Shown here: positions 9,403 through 19,466 of the stretch, one piece after another
Numbering within the stretch: the first letter of the stretch is position 1
Layout: every line of letters begins with the position of its first letter
Assembly (NCBI GenBank): GCA_040754395.1
Contig: JBFMCL010000006.1
Span: forward strand, 35,197-99,196
Length of the DNA: 64,000 bases
Origin: Nitrospirota bacterium
GTDB lineage: Bacteria; Nitrospirota; Thermodesulfovibrionia; Thermodesulfovibrionales; SM23-35
Direction of reading: 5' to 3'
Position numbers and translations under genes: made by a program
The notes under the pieces: generated by a model
What the model was told of the DNA's origin: nothing
Databases searched by the model: none
What the model saw: the letters and a program-made list of their open reading frames with translations, nothing else

Positions 9403-10134
9403 ATGAGAAAAGGTATTTACATTCTTCCGAATACACTTACGCTGTGCGGCATGCTTCTGGGATTTTTTTCTATCCTCGCGTCGCTTAAGGGGAATTACCT
9501 GCATGCCTCATGGGCGATCATCTTCGCAACGATTTTTGACGGGCTGGACGGGTGGGTTGCGCGGCTTACTCACAGTACCACACGGTTCGGGATCGAGCTG
9601 GACTCACTTTCGGACCTCGTTGCCTTCGGTGTTGCGCCCGCAGTGATGATGTACAAGTGGGCCCTTTACCCGTTCGGAAGGATAGGGTGGGCGGCTGCGT
9701 TTCTGTTCCTCGCATGCGGGGCGCTGAGGCTTGCGCGATACAACGTCCAGATGGGCTCTGCGGAATCAAAATCATTCACCGGGATGCCGATTCCCGGTGC
9801 AGCGATAATTGTTGCCACGCTGGTCATTTTCCATCATGAAGTGTGGGACAGTCTTCCTGGCAGAAACTATTTCATTCTCCTCCTGATATTTACTCTTGCG
9901 GTGCTGATGGTGAGTACCCTGAGATTTCATGGTGCAAAGGAACTCGATTTCAGGAGAAGAAAGCCTTTCTGGATACTGGTGGCGATTGTCGTGATGTTAA
10001 CGATTATTCTTATCCATCCGCCGGTCGCGCTTTTCATCTTTGCGATGATCTACCTGATTGCCGGTATAATTGAAAACATTATTCTTTTTTACAGGAAGAA
10101 AAAGAAGATACACAAGGCAGGAGTGACACAATGA
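9403..10134 (+). CDS. pssA: CDP-diacylglycerol--serine O-phosphatidyltransferase
   Basis: CDP-alcohol phosphatidyltransferase signature DGLDGWVARLTHSTTRFGIELDSLSDLVAFG. Multi-TM, 243 aa. Confidence 0.85.
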   Translation: MRKGIYILPNTLTLCGMLLGFFSILASLKGNYLHASWAIIFATIFDGLDGWVARLTHSTTRFGIELDSLSDLVAFGVAPAVMMYKWALYPFGRIGWAAAFLFLACGALRLARYNVQMGSAESKSFTGMPIPGAAIIVATLVIFHHEVWDSLPGRNYFILLLIFTLAVLMVSTLRFHGAKELDFRRRKPFWILVAIVVMLTIILIHPPVALFIFAMIYLIAGIIENIILFYRKKKKIHKAGVTQ

Positions 10135-11642
10135 GGACAGTAAGGATATTTGACACAACACTTCGGGACGGAGAACAGTCCCCAGGCGCATCCATGAATG
10201 TGCAGGAAAAACTGACCCTCGCAAAACAGCTTGCAAAACTCGGGGTCGACGTCATCGAGGCGGGCTTCGCATTCAGTTCCCCGGGTGATTTCGAGGCGAT
10301 AAAAACCATAGGGAATGAGGTTGAAGGGCCGGTGATCTGCAGCCTGGCGCGCGCAAAGCCTGAAGATATCAAGAGCGCATGGGAAGCCCTCAGGGATGCC
10401 CCGCAGAAGAGAATACATACATTCCACTCCACCTCTGACATCCACCTGAAATATCAGTTCAGGGTGAGCCGGGAAGAGGCGCTGAAACGGTCTGTAGAGA
10501 TGGTGAAGCTCGCAAGAAGCTATGTCGATGATGTGGAGTTTTCTCCGATGGATGCCACGAGAACCGATATCGGTTATCTCTGTGAAGTCGTCGAGGCGGT
10601 TATCGAGGCGGGCGCGTCAACCGTGAATATCCCCGATACCGTCGGATATACGATCCCGGTTGAGTTCGGCGCAATGATCAGGGCGATCTGCGAACGGGTC
10701 AGAAATATCGACAGGGCGGTCATCTCGGTACACTGTCACAACGATCTCGGGCTTGCGACGGCCAACTCGCTTGCAGCGGTACTGAACGGAGCCGGACAGA
10801 TAGAATGCACGCTGAACGGTATCGGCGAGCGGGCAGGAAACTGTTCAATGGAGGAAGTGGTGATGACGCTCAGGACGAGAAGCGATGTTTTTCATGCCGA
10901 CACAGGAATCAACACCGAGGAAATCATGAGGAGCAGCAGGCTTGTGACCAAGATAACAGGAATTTCCGTGCAGCCGAATAAGGCCATTGTAGGGGCAAAT
11001 GCCTTTGCGCATGAGTCAGGTATCCATCAGGACGGGCTCCTGAAAGAAAAGTCGACCTATGAGATAATCAGGCCCGAAAGCATAGGGCTTTATTCCGCCA
11101 AGCTTGTGCTCGGCAAGCATTCAGGCAGGCATGCGTTCAAGACACGACTCAAGGAAATCGGGTATGTGCTTGAGGATGACGAACTCAATGCGGTCTTTGA
11201 GCGCTTCAAGAAGCTTGCCGACCAGAAGAAGGACATTTTTGACGAGGATATTGAGGCGTTGATGGCAGTCGATGTCATGAAGGTGCCGGAGGTCTACAGC
11301 CTTGTGGACCTTCATATCTTGTGCGGCATTCACCAGAAGCCGACCGCAGCGGTTAAGATCAAGATCGGTGATGAGATCGTCGACCGCATGGAGCATGGCG
11401 ACGGTCCTGTTGATGCGACCTACAAGGCGATAGCGGCCATAACCGATACGAAGAGCAGGCTCCTGAAATTCGAGGTCAAAAGCATTACCGGAGGAACGGA
11501 CGCCCTCGGGGAAGTGGTTGTATCACTGGAAGAAGGTGACAGGAATGTCAGGGGGCACGGTGCTGATACCGACATCATCGTCGCCGCGGCAAAGGCGTAT
11601 ATCAATGCGCTGAATAAGCTCGCTGCAAAAAAGCATCATTAG
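10131..11642 (+). CDS. leuA: 2-isopropylmalate synthase
   Basis: VRIFDTTLRDGEQSPGASM...HCHNDLGLATANSLAAV...AHESGIHQDG motifs. 503 aa with a C-terminal regulatory domain. Citramalate synthase cannot be excluded. Confidence 0.88.
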   Translation: MRTVRIFDTTLRDGEQSPGASMNVQEKLTLAKQLAKLGVDVIEAGFAFSSPGDFEAIKTIGNEVEGPVICSLARAKPEDIKSAWEALRDAPQKRIHTFHSTSDIHLKYQFRVSREEALKRSVEMVKLARSYVDDVEFSPMDATRTDIGYLCEVVEAVIEAGASTVNIPDTVGYTIPVEFGAMIRAICERVRNIDRAVISVHCHNDLGLATANSLAAVLNGAGQIECTLNGIGERAGNCSMEEVVMTLRTRSDVFHADTGINTEEIMRSSRLVTKITGISVQPNKAIVGANAFAHESGIHQDGLLKEKSTYEIIRPESIGLYSAKLVLGKHSGRHAFKTRLKEIGYVLEDDELNAVFERFKKLADQKKDIFDEDIEALMAVDVMKVPEVYSLVDLHILCGIHQKPTAAVKIKIGDEIVDRMEHGDGPVDATYKAIAAITDTKSRLLKFEVKSITGGTDALGEVVVSLEEGDRNVRGHGADTDIIVAAAKAYINALNKLAAKKHH

Positions 11643-11769
11643 CCTTATTCATAAAAATCTTCCACAATACAGATGAGATGCAGTATCATCTGCTATCCCA
11701 CGCTTCATGAATAATCCGGGTTAGCCATACCGGGAATCACTTCAAATCCTTTTTTGTTATAATTTGTGC

Positions 11770-13512
11770 ATGGAACTCTCTGAAAATGCTCTGAGGGTTC
11801 TCAGAGCACGGTATCTCCTCAGAAATGAAAAGGGAGATATCGTTGAAACTCCTGAAGGGATGTTCATGAGGGTTGCATCGGCCGTTGCTTCCGCTGAGAG
11901 CCAGTTCGACGAAATCAGGGAAGAATGGCAGGAGAAGTTTTATTCCCTCATGGCAGAGCTCAGGTTCCTTCCCAATTCCCCTGCACTCATGAATGCAGGG
12001 AAAGATATAGGACAGCTGGCTGCATGTTTTGTGCTGCCGGTTGACGACTCGATGAAGGGGATTTTCGATTCACTCAAGGATGCCGCGTTGATACTTCAGA
12101 GCGGCGGTGGCACCGGATTCTCGTTTTCAAGGCTCAGACCAAAGGATGATGTTGTCCGTTCAACAGGTGGGTTCGCGAGCGGACCGGTATCCTTCATGAA
12201 GATTTACAACATGGCAACTGATGTGATAAAGCAGGGCGGGGCGAGAAGAGGGGCGAATATGGGCATTCTCCGCGTTGACCATCCTGATATCATTGAATTT
12301 ATCAGAATCAAGAGAACTGAACGGGAAATGACGAATTTCAACATATCCGTTGCGGTGACTGATTCGTTCATGAAAGCCCTCAGAAATAATGTTGAATATG
12401 CGCTCGTCAATCCGAGAAGCAGGAATCAGGCGGGCAGGATGAGGGCGCGAACCGTGTTTAAGGAAATAGTCCAAAGCGCATGGGAAACCGGCGATCCCGG
12501 GATTGTGTTCATTGACAGAATAAACAGGGCCAATCCGACTCCCCATATCGGTGAGATGGAGACGACAAACCCCTGCGGCGAACAGCCCCTTCTGCCCTAT
12601 GAAGCATGTGTACTCGGGTCTCTTGACCTCGTGAAATATGTCAGCATGACGATATTCGATTCTCCACGGTCCCAAATGCAACCGGTCAACAGACGGATCG
12701 ACTTCGGGATGCTCGCTGAAGACATCACGACCGCTGTAAGGTTTCTTGATGATGCAATAGAGGTAAACCGGTATCCGGTTCCTGAGATCGAGAGGATGCA
12801 TAAAGGCAACCGGAAGATCGGTCTCGGTGTCATGGGCTGGGCTGATATGCTGATACTCCTCGGAATACCCTATAACCACAAAAGCGCGTTCGCCCTTGCG
12901 AAAAATCTGATGAGATTCATCAGAGACACATCGAGAAAGGCGTCAGTAATGCTTGCGGAACAACGGGGGGTATTTCCCAACTTCAGCGGGTCGGTCTATG
13001 ACGCCCCATCAATGCCCCGTGTGAGAAATGCGACGTTGACAACTATCGCGCCGACAGGAACGCTCTCTCTCATTGCCGACTGCTCGAGCGGCATAGAGCC
13101 GCTTTTTGCCCTTGCATTCAGGAGGCGCATCCTGGACACGGAACTCAGTGAAGTGAACAGGCATTTCTTTGCGGTTGCGCGGAAACGCAAATTCTTCAGT
13201 GAAGCCCTGAGGAAAAAGGTCATGCGCAGGGGAGACCTGCGTGGTGTGAGGGCTGTGCCGGAAGATATCAGGAGGTTGTTCATGACGGCACATGAAATAC
13301 CTCCGGAGGACCACATCAGGATGCAGGCCTGTTTCCAGAAATATACCGACAATGCGGTATCGAAGACGATCAATATGCCGTACCGGTCAAAAAAAGAGGA
13401 TGTTGCGAAGGCGTTTCTGCTGGCTTACGAAATCGGGTGCAAGGGGATTACGGTCTTTCGGTACGGAACTGCAAGAAAAGGAACGATGGTAAGGTGGGAA
13501 GATGCTGATTGA
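11770..13512 (+). CDS. nrdJ: Adenosylcobalamin-dependent (class II) ribonucleotide reductase
   Basis: LSENALRVLRARYL N-terminus, TNPCGEQPLLPYEACVLGSL active-site loop, C-terminal GCKGITVFRYG. ATG at 11770 is preferred over TTG at 11764. Confidence 0.85.
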   Translation: MELSENALRVLRARYLLRNEKGDIVETPEGMFMRVASAVASAESQFDEIREEWQEKFYSLMAELRFLPNSPALMNAGKDIGQLAACFVLPVDDSMKGIFDSLKDAALILQSGGGTGFSFSRLRPKDDVVRSTGGFASGPVSFMKIYNMATDVIKQGGARRGANMGILRVDHPDIIEFIRIKRTEREMTNFNISVAVTDSFMKALRNNVEYALVNPRSRNQAGRMRARTVFKEIVQSAWETGDPGIVFIDRINRANPTPHIGEMETTNPCGEQPLLPYEACVLGSLDLVKYVSMTIFDSPRSQMQPVNRRIDFGMLAEDITTAVRFLDDAIEVNRYPVPEIERMHKGNRKIGLGVMGWADMLILLGIPYNHKSAFALAKNLMRFIRDTSRKASVMLAEQRGVFPNFSGSVYDAPSMPRVRNATLTTIAPTGTLSLIADCSSGIEPLFALAFRRRILDTELSEVNRHFFAVARKRKFFSEALRKKVMRRGDLRGVRAVPEDIRRLFMTAHEIPPEDHIRMQACFQKYTDNAVSKTINMPYRSKKEDVAKAFLLAYEIGCKGITVFRYGTARKGTMVRWEDAD

Positions 13513-13524
13513 CCGTTTTGCATG

Positions 13525-13971
13525 TTATACAGCGGAATCCGAAGATTGCGTTTCTGACCCGGCGATTTCCCGGATCAGCCACGCTACCTGAGCCTTGATC
13601 TCATCCCTAGCGCGCCTGAAGTCCTTCATTATCTGTTTTTCAGTTCCTATTGTTCCGACAGGGTCTCTGATAGGCCAGAAAAGACGTTTCACTCCCAACG
13701 GTGCCCGGGGACAGAATTTTTCCACGTTGCTGCAGAGGATGATCACGAGGTCCATGGGGACAAAAAGGTCTGCATCTATTGTTTTTGATTTCTGTCCCGA
13801 AATATCAATGCCGAGTTCCTTCATAACCGTGATTGCCCTTGGGTGAACCCCTGCGGCCATGAGACCGGCGCTGTGGACTTCGACGATACCCTTGCCGAAT
13901 TCCCTGGCAAATCCTTCGGCCATCTGGCTTCTGCAGGAATTTGCAGTGCACAGAAAAAGAATTTTTTTCAT
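13525..13971 (-). CDS. arsC: Arsenate reductase, LMW-PTP (thioredoxin-coupled) type
   Basis: KKILFLCTANSCRSQMAEGF P-loop (CX5R). GAGGA lies 9 nt upstream of the ATG at 13971. Confidence 0.8.
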   Translation of the reverse strand: MKKILFLCTANSCRSQMAEGFAREFGKGIVEVHSAGLMAAGVHPRAITVMKELGIDISGQKSKTIDADLFVPMDLVIILCSNVEKFCPRAPLGVKRLFWPIRDPVGTIGTEKQIMKDFRRARDEIKAQVAWLIREIAGSETQSSDSAV

Positions 13972-14046
13972 CAGTTGCATTCCTCTACAATTATCCGTAA
14001 GGTTTGGTCATTGAGCAAGGCTGTTCCGTACGTATTCATTTCATGC

Positions 14047-15549
14047 TCATGAGTAACGCAGTTTCTTTGTCACAAACGCTATTATGAAAGAGACCACAAG
14101 CGCTCCGGACAGTATCAGAAAAGAAATGAACGCGTTGCTCAGTACCGCAGGATTGAACAGGAGAACCCCGCCAAGCCCTATCATCATCGTCCCGGATATG
14201 AGTTTCATGAGTCTCCCCTGCCATTCGGTAAGCTGTTTTTTCCCGAGGGTGATGGTGAAAATAATGACAATTACCGATAAAGGAATGACATATATAAGGT
14301 TGTAGAGTATAAGATATCCGTAATACGAAAAAGTATCAAGATTGTTCAGTGTCAGAATTCGCGTAAACACCATGGGAAATCCGGCAGTGCACAGGAGTTC
14401 GTATGAATTTGCGGCGATTGCAAGGACGACCGTTCCGATAAACATCGAAATGAATGAAGTTGATTTCATAAGCCTGCGCATGCGGTCGAAGAGTTTGGGT
14501 TTTGCGCTGTCAGGGATGTTGAGTGATACCCCCTTCCTGAAAAAGAAAAAGTCCTTAATGTTGATGACGGCAATCACCACAGCAATCGAACCGGCAATCC
14601 TGGTGATGATCTCGACCTGTCCCATAAACAGGAAGAGGTTGAGCCAGGCTGCCATGAAAACAAAGTATACGAACCCGGAAAAAAAGACGAAGATGCTCCC
14701 GATGAAAAACATTTTTTTCCGTGACTGCGCGTGGATGAGCAGACCGAGAAGGGAGAGCAGGACGAAGAATGCGCACGGATTGAAGCTGTCAAGTCCTGCT
14801 ATCACGAGTGTGATTGCCGGAAGAGACATCCTCGATGCATCAAGATTTCCTATCCATGGGACATGGACTGTCCTGTTCTTTTCCGTGCATTCGAGATGTT
14901 CGGCGCCTTCAGATGGCTCTTTCGGCTTATGCATGTTTCTGGCTGCCTCAATCGAGAGTTTGCCGGAGAGAATTTGTCCGGGATCCGCACATTCATGGGA
15001 AATGCACGTCTGAAAAGCCTCGGTCATTTTTACCCTTAAGTCTGACGAAAAGCCGATAAACGCATTTTCACTGATAAACGTGACAGGGACACCGGAGGCC
15101 TTCATTTTGTAAGCCGCCGCCATAGCGCGCAGGAGTTCGGCGTTATGCTCATCATACCAGACTTCATAGTCCATGACTTTCATGCCGGGGTACTGCTTTT
15201 TCATCTCGCTGAGGAAAACCTTTTCTTCTTCACAATGGGGGCATCCTCTTCCCCAGAAGAAATATACGGTGAACTGATGGGGGTGGTTTCCGGCTGCAGG
15301 GCTTTCTGCAGCCGGTGCCCCGGCTTTTTGACGCGTTTCCGGGGGCTGAGAGCGTTCCGGGCTTTTCTCTTCAGTGGGAGTCAGGAGCTCCGCACATGCA
15401 TTTGTCTGTTCCGCCTCCTGTTCACAGACGCCGTTCTGCGGAATAAGATCGATTGCATGCGAGGATCCTGCTATGCAGAGAAACGCAAGGAATATGGCGA
15501 AAAAAAGCACAGAACGCAGGAGCGTCATCAGGGCAGCATCTCGATGCAA
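14047..15549 (-). CDS. Thioredoxin-fold (GCPHC) domain fused to a DsbD/CcdA-like multi-TM thiol-disulfide transfer domain
   Basis: Signal-like N-terminus. FFWGRGCPHCEEEK thioredoxin motif. Then about 8 hydrophobic helices with LDSFNPCAFFVL (conserved Cys in a TM helix). Confidence 0.7.
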   Translation of the reverse strand: MHRDAALMTLLRSVLFFAIFLAFLCIAGSSHAIDLIPQNGVCEQEAEQTNACAELLTPTEEKSPERSQPPETRQKAGAPAAESPAAGNHPHQFTVYFFWGRGCPHCEEEKVFLSEMKKQYPGMKVMDYEVWYDEHNAELLRAMAAAYKMKASGVPVTFISENAFIGFSSDLRVKMTEAFQTCISHECADPGQILSGKLSIEAARNMHKPKEPSEGAEHLECTEKNRTVHVPWIGNLDASRMSLPAITLVIAGLDSFNPCAFFVLLSLLGLLIHAQSRKKMFFIGSIFVFFSGFVYFVFMAAWLNLFLFMGQVEIITRIAGSIAVVIAVINIKDFFFFRKGVSLNIPDSAKPKLFDRMRRLMKSTSFISMFIGTVVLAIAANSYELLCTAGFPMVFTRILTLNNLDTFSYYGYLILYNLIYVIPLSVIVIIFTITLGKKQLTEWQGRLMKLISGTMMIGLGGVLLFNPAVLSNAFISFLILSGALVVSFIIAFVTKKLRYS

Positions 15550-15772
15550 TGATATTGGTACGTCAAGTTAATGTTTTTCATGGATAATTTATTACTATAT
15601 CCTAAAAGCACATCGTGATTAAATATATTTTTGCCGGAGTGGCTTCATGCAAAAAAAGACGTATCGGAAAATAGGGAAAAGGAGTTGTTTTCCGGATGTG
15701 AAGAAATATTGATAAAAAGCTTGAATAAAACATTGTATTGTTCTATTATTAAAGAAAATTATTGGGGGATAT

Positions 15773-15994
15773 ATGCTAAAGGAAAAGGTGGAAAATGTTC
15801 TTGAAAAGGTAAGAATGGGGCTCAAGAGAGATGGTGGCGACATCGAGCTCGTTGAAATAAAGGACTCTGTCGTGTATGTAAGGCTGAAGGGCGCATGCGG
15901 TTCATGTCCGATGTCGACCCTTACTCTGAAGAATTGGGTAGAGGCAAACCTGAAAAAAGAGATACCAGAGATAAGCGCGGTACGGGCGGTATAA
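15773..15994 (+). CDS. NifU C-terminal-domain (Nfu-type) Fe-S scaffold protein
   Basis: 73 aa. RDGGDIELVEI...VRLKGACGSCPMS CxxC motif. Confidence 0.8.
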   Translation: MLKEKVENVLEKVRMGLKRDGGDIELVEIKDSVVYVRLKGACGSCPMSTLTLKNWVEANLKKEIPEISAVRAV

Positions 15995-16058
15995 TTTCAG
16001 GAAGAAGGGGTTTGGAGAACAGGGATTGTTTTTAAACCTCGGATCGGTCAGCCAAAAG

Positions 16059-17219
16059 ATGTCCCGGTATGCAGTTATGCTGCTGCTGATGCTGATTCTC
16101 GTCCCTCCTTTTGCGGCTGCTTCAGATATCGTACACGTAAAAGACATCCGTTACTGGTCATCACCTGATTACACGCGGGTGGTGATTGACCTCTCAGGTC
16201 CTGTTGATTTTTCACAGAACAGTCTTTCAAATCCTGACAGGATATATTTTGACCTCACACATGCGTCAATCCCAAGGGATATCAAAACTACCTTTCCGGT
16301 GGGAGACGGCATACTGAAGTCAATCAGGGCAAGCCAGTACAATGAAAAAACGGTCAGGGTTGTACTCGACATTGAAACGCTGTCCGATTCCAGGTCATTC
16401 GTTATTGAGAATCCTGCGCGGCTTGTTGTCGATCTGTATGGAAAACAAAAACCTGTTGAAAAACAGGACATACGTTCTGCCAGAAGGCGAATCGTTATCG
16501 ATCCGGGTCACGGAGGCCATGACCCCGGAGCCGTAGGCCCCAAAAAACTCTATGAAAAAGATGTCGTGCTCGATATAGCCCTGAAACTGAAGGAAATACT
16601 CATGAAAGATCCCCTGAATGAGGTGTTTCTTACGAGGGAAAAAGACATTTACATCCCTCTTGAAGAGAGGACAGTCATTGCGAACAGGAAGAATGCGGAC
16701 TTGTTTGTTTCCATCCATGCCAATGCAAGTCCGAAAAGCACCGCAAAAGGGATCGAAACATATCTGCTCAACTGGACTGATGATGAGGAGGCAATGCGGG
16801 TTGCAGCGCGGGAGAATGCGATATCCCTGAAAAGAATGAAAGCGATGCAGCGGCAGATGGACGTCGTCGAGATCATCAAGAGCGACCTTATGAGGGAGAA
16901 CAAAAGGGATGAATCCATTAGGCTGGCAAATTACATTCAGAAGTCTCTGGTGACAAACCTTGGTACCCGTTATCAGCATGTCGTGGACCTTGGCGTCAAG
17001 CAGGCGCTTTTTTATGTCCTTTTCGGTGCAAAAATGCCCTCGGTTCTTGTGGAGGTTTCCTTTATCAGCAACCCGCAGGAGGAATTTCTCCTCTCGAAGG
17101 ATTCTTACCGTTCCGATATCGCGCGGGCAATAGCGGATGGTCTCGGCACATATGTCACCTCTGCTCCGGTTATTCAGAAGATGGCAGACACGAGAGAGAA
17201 CAGACGGTTTTACAGGTAG
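16059..17219 (+). CDS. N-acetylmuramoyl-L-alanine amidase (AMIN domain + amidase_3)
   Basis: Signal peptide MSRYAVMLLLMLILVPPFAAAS. AMIN-like block (IRYWSSPDYTRVVIDL). Catalytic block IVIDPGHGGHDPGA...FVSIHANA. Confidence 0.85.
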   Translation: MSRYAVMLLLMLILVPPFAAASDIVHVKDIRYWSSPDYTRVVIDLSGPVDFSQNSLSNPDRIYFDLTHASIPRDIKTTFPVGDGILKSIRASQYNEKTVRVVLDIETLSDSRSFVIENPARLVVDLYGKQKPVEKQDIRSARRRIVIDPGHGGHDPGAVGPKKLYEKDVVLDIALKLKEILMKDPLNEVFLTREKDIYIPLEERTVIANRKNADLFVSIHANASPKSTAKGIETYLLNWTDDEEAMRVAARENAISLKRMKAMQRQMDVVEIIKSDLMRENKRDESIRLANYIQKSLVTNLGTRYQHVVDLGVKQALFYVLFGAKMPSVLVEVSFISNPQEEFLLSKDSYRSDIARAIADGLGTYVTSAPVIQKMADTRENRRFYR

Positions 17220-17222
17220 ATT

Positions 17223-17840
17223 TTGCTCCCTGAAATCAAGATCCTTGCGTATATCACGTTCAGCATTTCCCTTTTTTTTATCCACAGCCTCGCCCTGTTT
17301 GCGGGCATTGCGTTCGGAATACTGGTACTGTTCATGAGAATACCGTTCAGGCGCCTCACACAGGGGTGGGTACCGATTCTGTTGTTCCTGTCATTCACAT
17401 TCATCGGAAATATGCTGTTTCAGCAGGGAAAAATCGTGGCGCTTGCGGGCCCTTTTGTAATCACAGAAGAAGGCCTAAGGGTTGCTGCAGAAAGGACAAT
17501 GAGGGTTTTTTTGCTGATTGCAGGCGCGAAACTCCTGACAGCGTCGACAGATACGGAGACGCTTCTGAATGCAATGGCGCGGCTGTTGCGCCCTCTTGAA
17601 CGTTTCAGGATACCTGTAAGCGAATTTTTTTCCACAATGGGGATGACGATGAGATTTCTTCCGGAGCTGAAAGAGCAGATCGTCTCCGGTTACAGGCAAG
17701 AAATGCAGGGCAGGAAGGTTAAGGGGTTCCGTGAACGTGTGAGACTTCTCTCATCGTTTCTGGTTCCGCTTTTCGTGAAGAACATGCAGGCTCCTGAAAG
17801 ATTTCCCGAAAAAAAGGAAAAGAATGAAAAAATCTCCTGA
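17223..17840 (+). CDS. ECF-transporter T component / CbiQ-family membrane protein
   Basis: 205 aa. TM-rich N-terminal half and the ...ARLLRPLERFRIPVSEFFSTMGMTMRFLPEL helix typical of EcfT/CbiQ. TTG start, so the start is uncertain. No A or S component is adjacent. Confidence 0.6.
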   Translation: MLPEIKILAYITFSISLFFIHSLALFAGIAFGILVLFMRIPFRRLTQGWVPILLFLSFTFIGNMLFQQGKIVALAGPFVITEEGLRVAAERTMRVFLLIAGAKLLTASTDTETLLNAMARLLRPLERFRIPVSEFFSTMGMTMRFLPELKEQIVSGYRQEMQGRKVKGFRERVRLLSSFLVPLFVKNMQAPERFPEKKEKNEKIS

Positions 17841-19452
17841 AATTCTCATACAGGGAGGAATGGTATGTGATGGGACCGGCTCGGAGCCTTTTGAGGCAGA
17901 TATCGGGATATCAGGAGAAAGGATCATTCTTATTGATAGATCCGGCCGCAGGAAAAAGAAAGCGTCAGGTGCTTCCGTTCGTGTGGTAGAAGCACGGGAT
18001 ATGACGGTTACGCCGGGTTTCATCGATACCCATGCACACTCGGAATTTACCCTGCTGGCGGACCCCCGCGCCGAGGGAAAAATATGCCAGGGCATTACCA
18101 CCGAAATAAACGGGAATTGCGGACTTTCCGCTGCCCCGATGTCAGGCGAAGCCCTGAAGCAGAGGGAAGAAGATCTCAGGGGGTATGATATCAGGGAGCG
18201 ATGGGGGACATTCGGGGAATATTTCGGCCTGCTCGAGAAGAGAAACATCTCAATGAACTATGCAACCCTTGTCGGCCATGGAAATATCCGGGCGTGTGTC
18301 GCAGGTTACAGTAAACGAAGCCTCGAACGGGCTGAAAAGCAGAGGATAAGGGCGCTCCTGAGGAAATCGCTGGATGAAGGCGCAATCGGTCTCTCTACCG
18401 GCCTCATTTATCCTCCCGGTGTGTATTCGGAAACGGAGGAACTGGTTGATCTTGCCAAATGCTGCAAGGCGCTTATATACACTTCCCACATGAGGAGTGA
18501 GAGCGACAGGCTTCTTGAATCGATAGAAGAACTTATAGGAATTGCCAGAGAGGCAGGGATCAGGGGCCACGTCTCACATATCAAAACAAGCGGACAGAAG
18601 AACTGGCACAAGATTGACAGCGCGCTCTCAATGATTGAAAACGCGCAACAGGAAGGAATACGTCTTACGTGCGACAGGTATCCCTATACAGCCGCCTCTA
18701 CTGACCTTGACACCGTTCTGCCGTCATGGGTGTACGAAGGAGGTGCGGACAAAGAGATAAGGCAGCTGAAAAAGGCTGAGGTCAGGAGCAGGATTCGGAG
18801 TGAAATACTGAAGGAGCATGGTGGAACAGGATACTGGGAGACCATCTGCATTGCGACTGTCGCACAGGAAAGAAACCGCTGGATGGAGGGGAAAACCCTT
18901 GCGTACATCGCAGAGCGAAAAAAGGCTCATCCTGTTGATGTCCTCATGCACCTGCTGATCGAAGAAAAACTCAGAGTCAGTGCGATTTTCTTGTCGATGA
19001 ATGAACAGAATCTGAGAAGATTTCTCTCGCTGCCGTACTGCATGATAGGGACTGACAGTTCAGCCCGCTCTGCGGGCGGGGTAACCAGGATCGGCAAGCC
19101 TCATCCAAGGGGATTTGGAAGCTTCCCGAGGTTTATCGGAGAGTATGTCCGGGAGCATTCTGTCGCGACTCTGAGTGGGGCGGTGCAAAGAATAACCGCG
19201 CTTCCTGCGAATACCTTCGGGATTTTTCAGAGGGGAGTACTGAGGGAAGGCGCATTTGCGGATATTGTCATATTTGATTATAAACAGATAAAGGACCGTG
19301 CGACATTTGACAAACCTTATCTGAAACCGGAGGGGATTCATTATGTCTTCGTCAACGGCGTCCCTGCTGTTTGGGAGGGAAGGTTGACAGGCAGAAGGGG
19401 AGGAAGGGTGCTCAGGCATGGAGGACATAAGGCAACCGAAAGGAAACACTGA
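17824..19452 (+). CDS. D-aminoacylase (N-acyl-D-amino-acid deacylase), amidohydrolase superfamily
   Basis: 542 aa. VTPGFIDTHAHSEF metal-binding motif, HVSHIKTSG, C-terminal beta-sandwich part. Confidence 0.82.
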   Translation: MKKSPEILIQGGMVCDGTGSEPFEADIGISGERIILIDRSGRRKKKASGASVRVVEARDMTVTPGFIDTHAHSEFTLLADPRAEGKICQGITTEINGNCGLSAAPMSGEALKQREEDLRGYDIRERWGTFGEYFGLLEKRNISMNYATLVGHGNIRACVAGYSKRSLERAEKQRIRALLRKSLDEGAIGLSTGLIYPPGVYSETEELVDLAKCCKALIYTSHMRSESDRLLESIEELIGIAREAGIRGHVSHIKTSGQKNWHKIDSALSMIENAQQEGIRLTCDRYPYTAASTDLDTVLPSWVYEGGADKEIRQLKKAEVRSRIRSEILKEHGGTGYWETICIATVAQERNRWMEGKTLAYIAERKKAHPVDVLMHLLIEEKLRVSAIFLSMNEQNLRRFLSLPYCMIGTDSSARSAGGVTRIGKPHPRGFGSFPRFIGEYVREHSVATLSGAVQRITALPANTFGIFQRGVLREGAFADIVIFDYKQIKDRATFDKPYLKPEGIHYVFVNGVPAVWEGRLTGRRGGRVLRHGGHKATERKH

Positions 19453-19466
19453 GAGAAGACGGAGAA

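Noticed and set aside
11643-11769. Cobalamin riboswitch upstream of the B12-dependent RNR.
   Set aside because: The gap is only about 125 nt and I could not find a B12-box-like core or the multi-helix layout. It has only a short 7-bp hairpin (11670-11692), probably related to the leuA 3' end.
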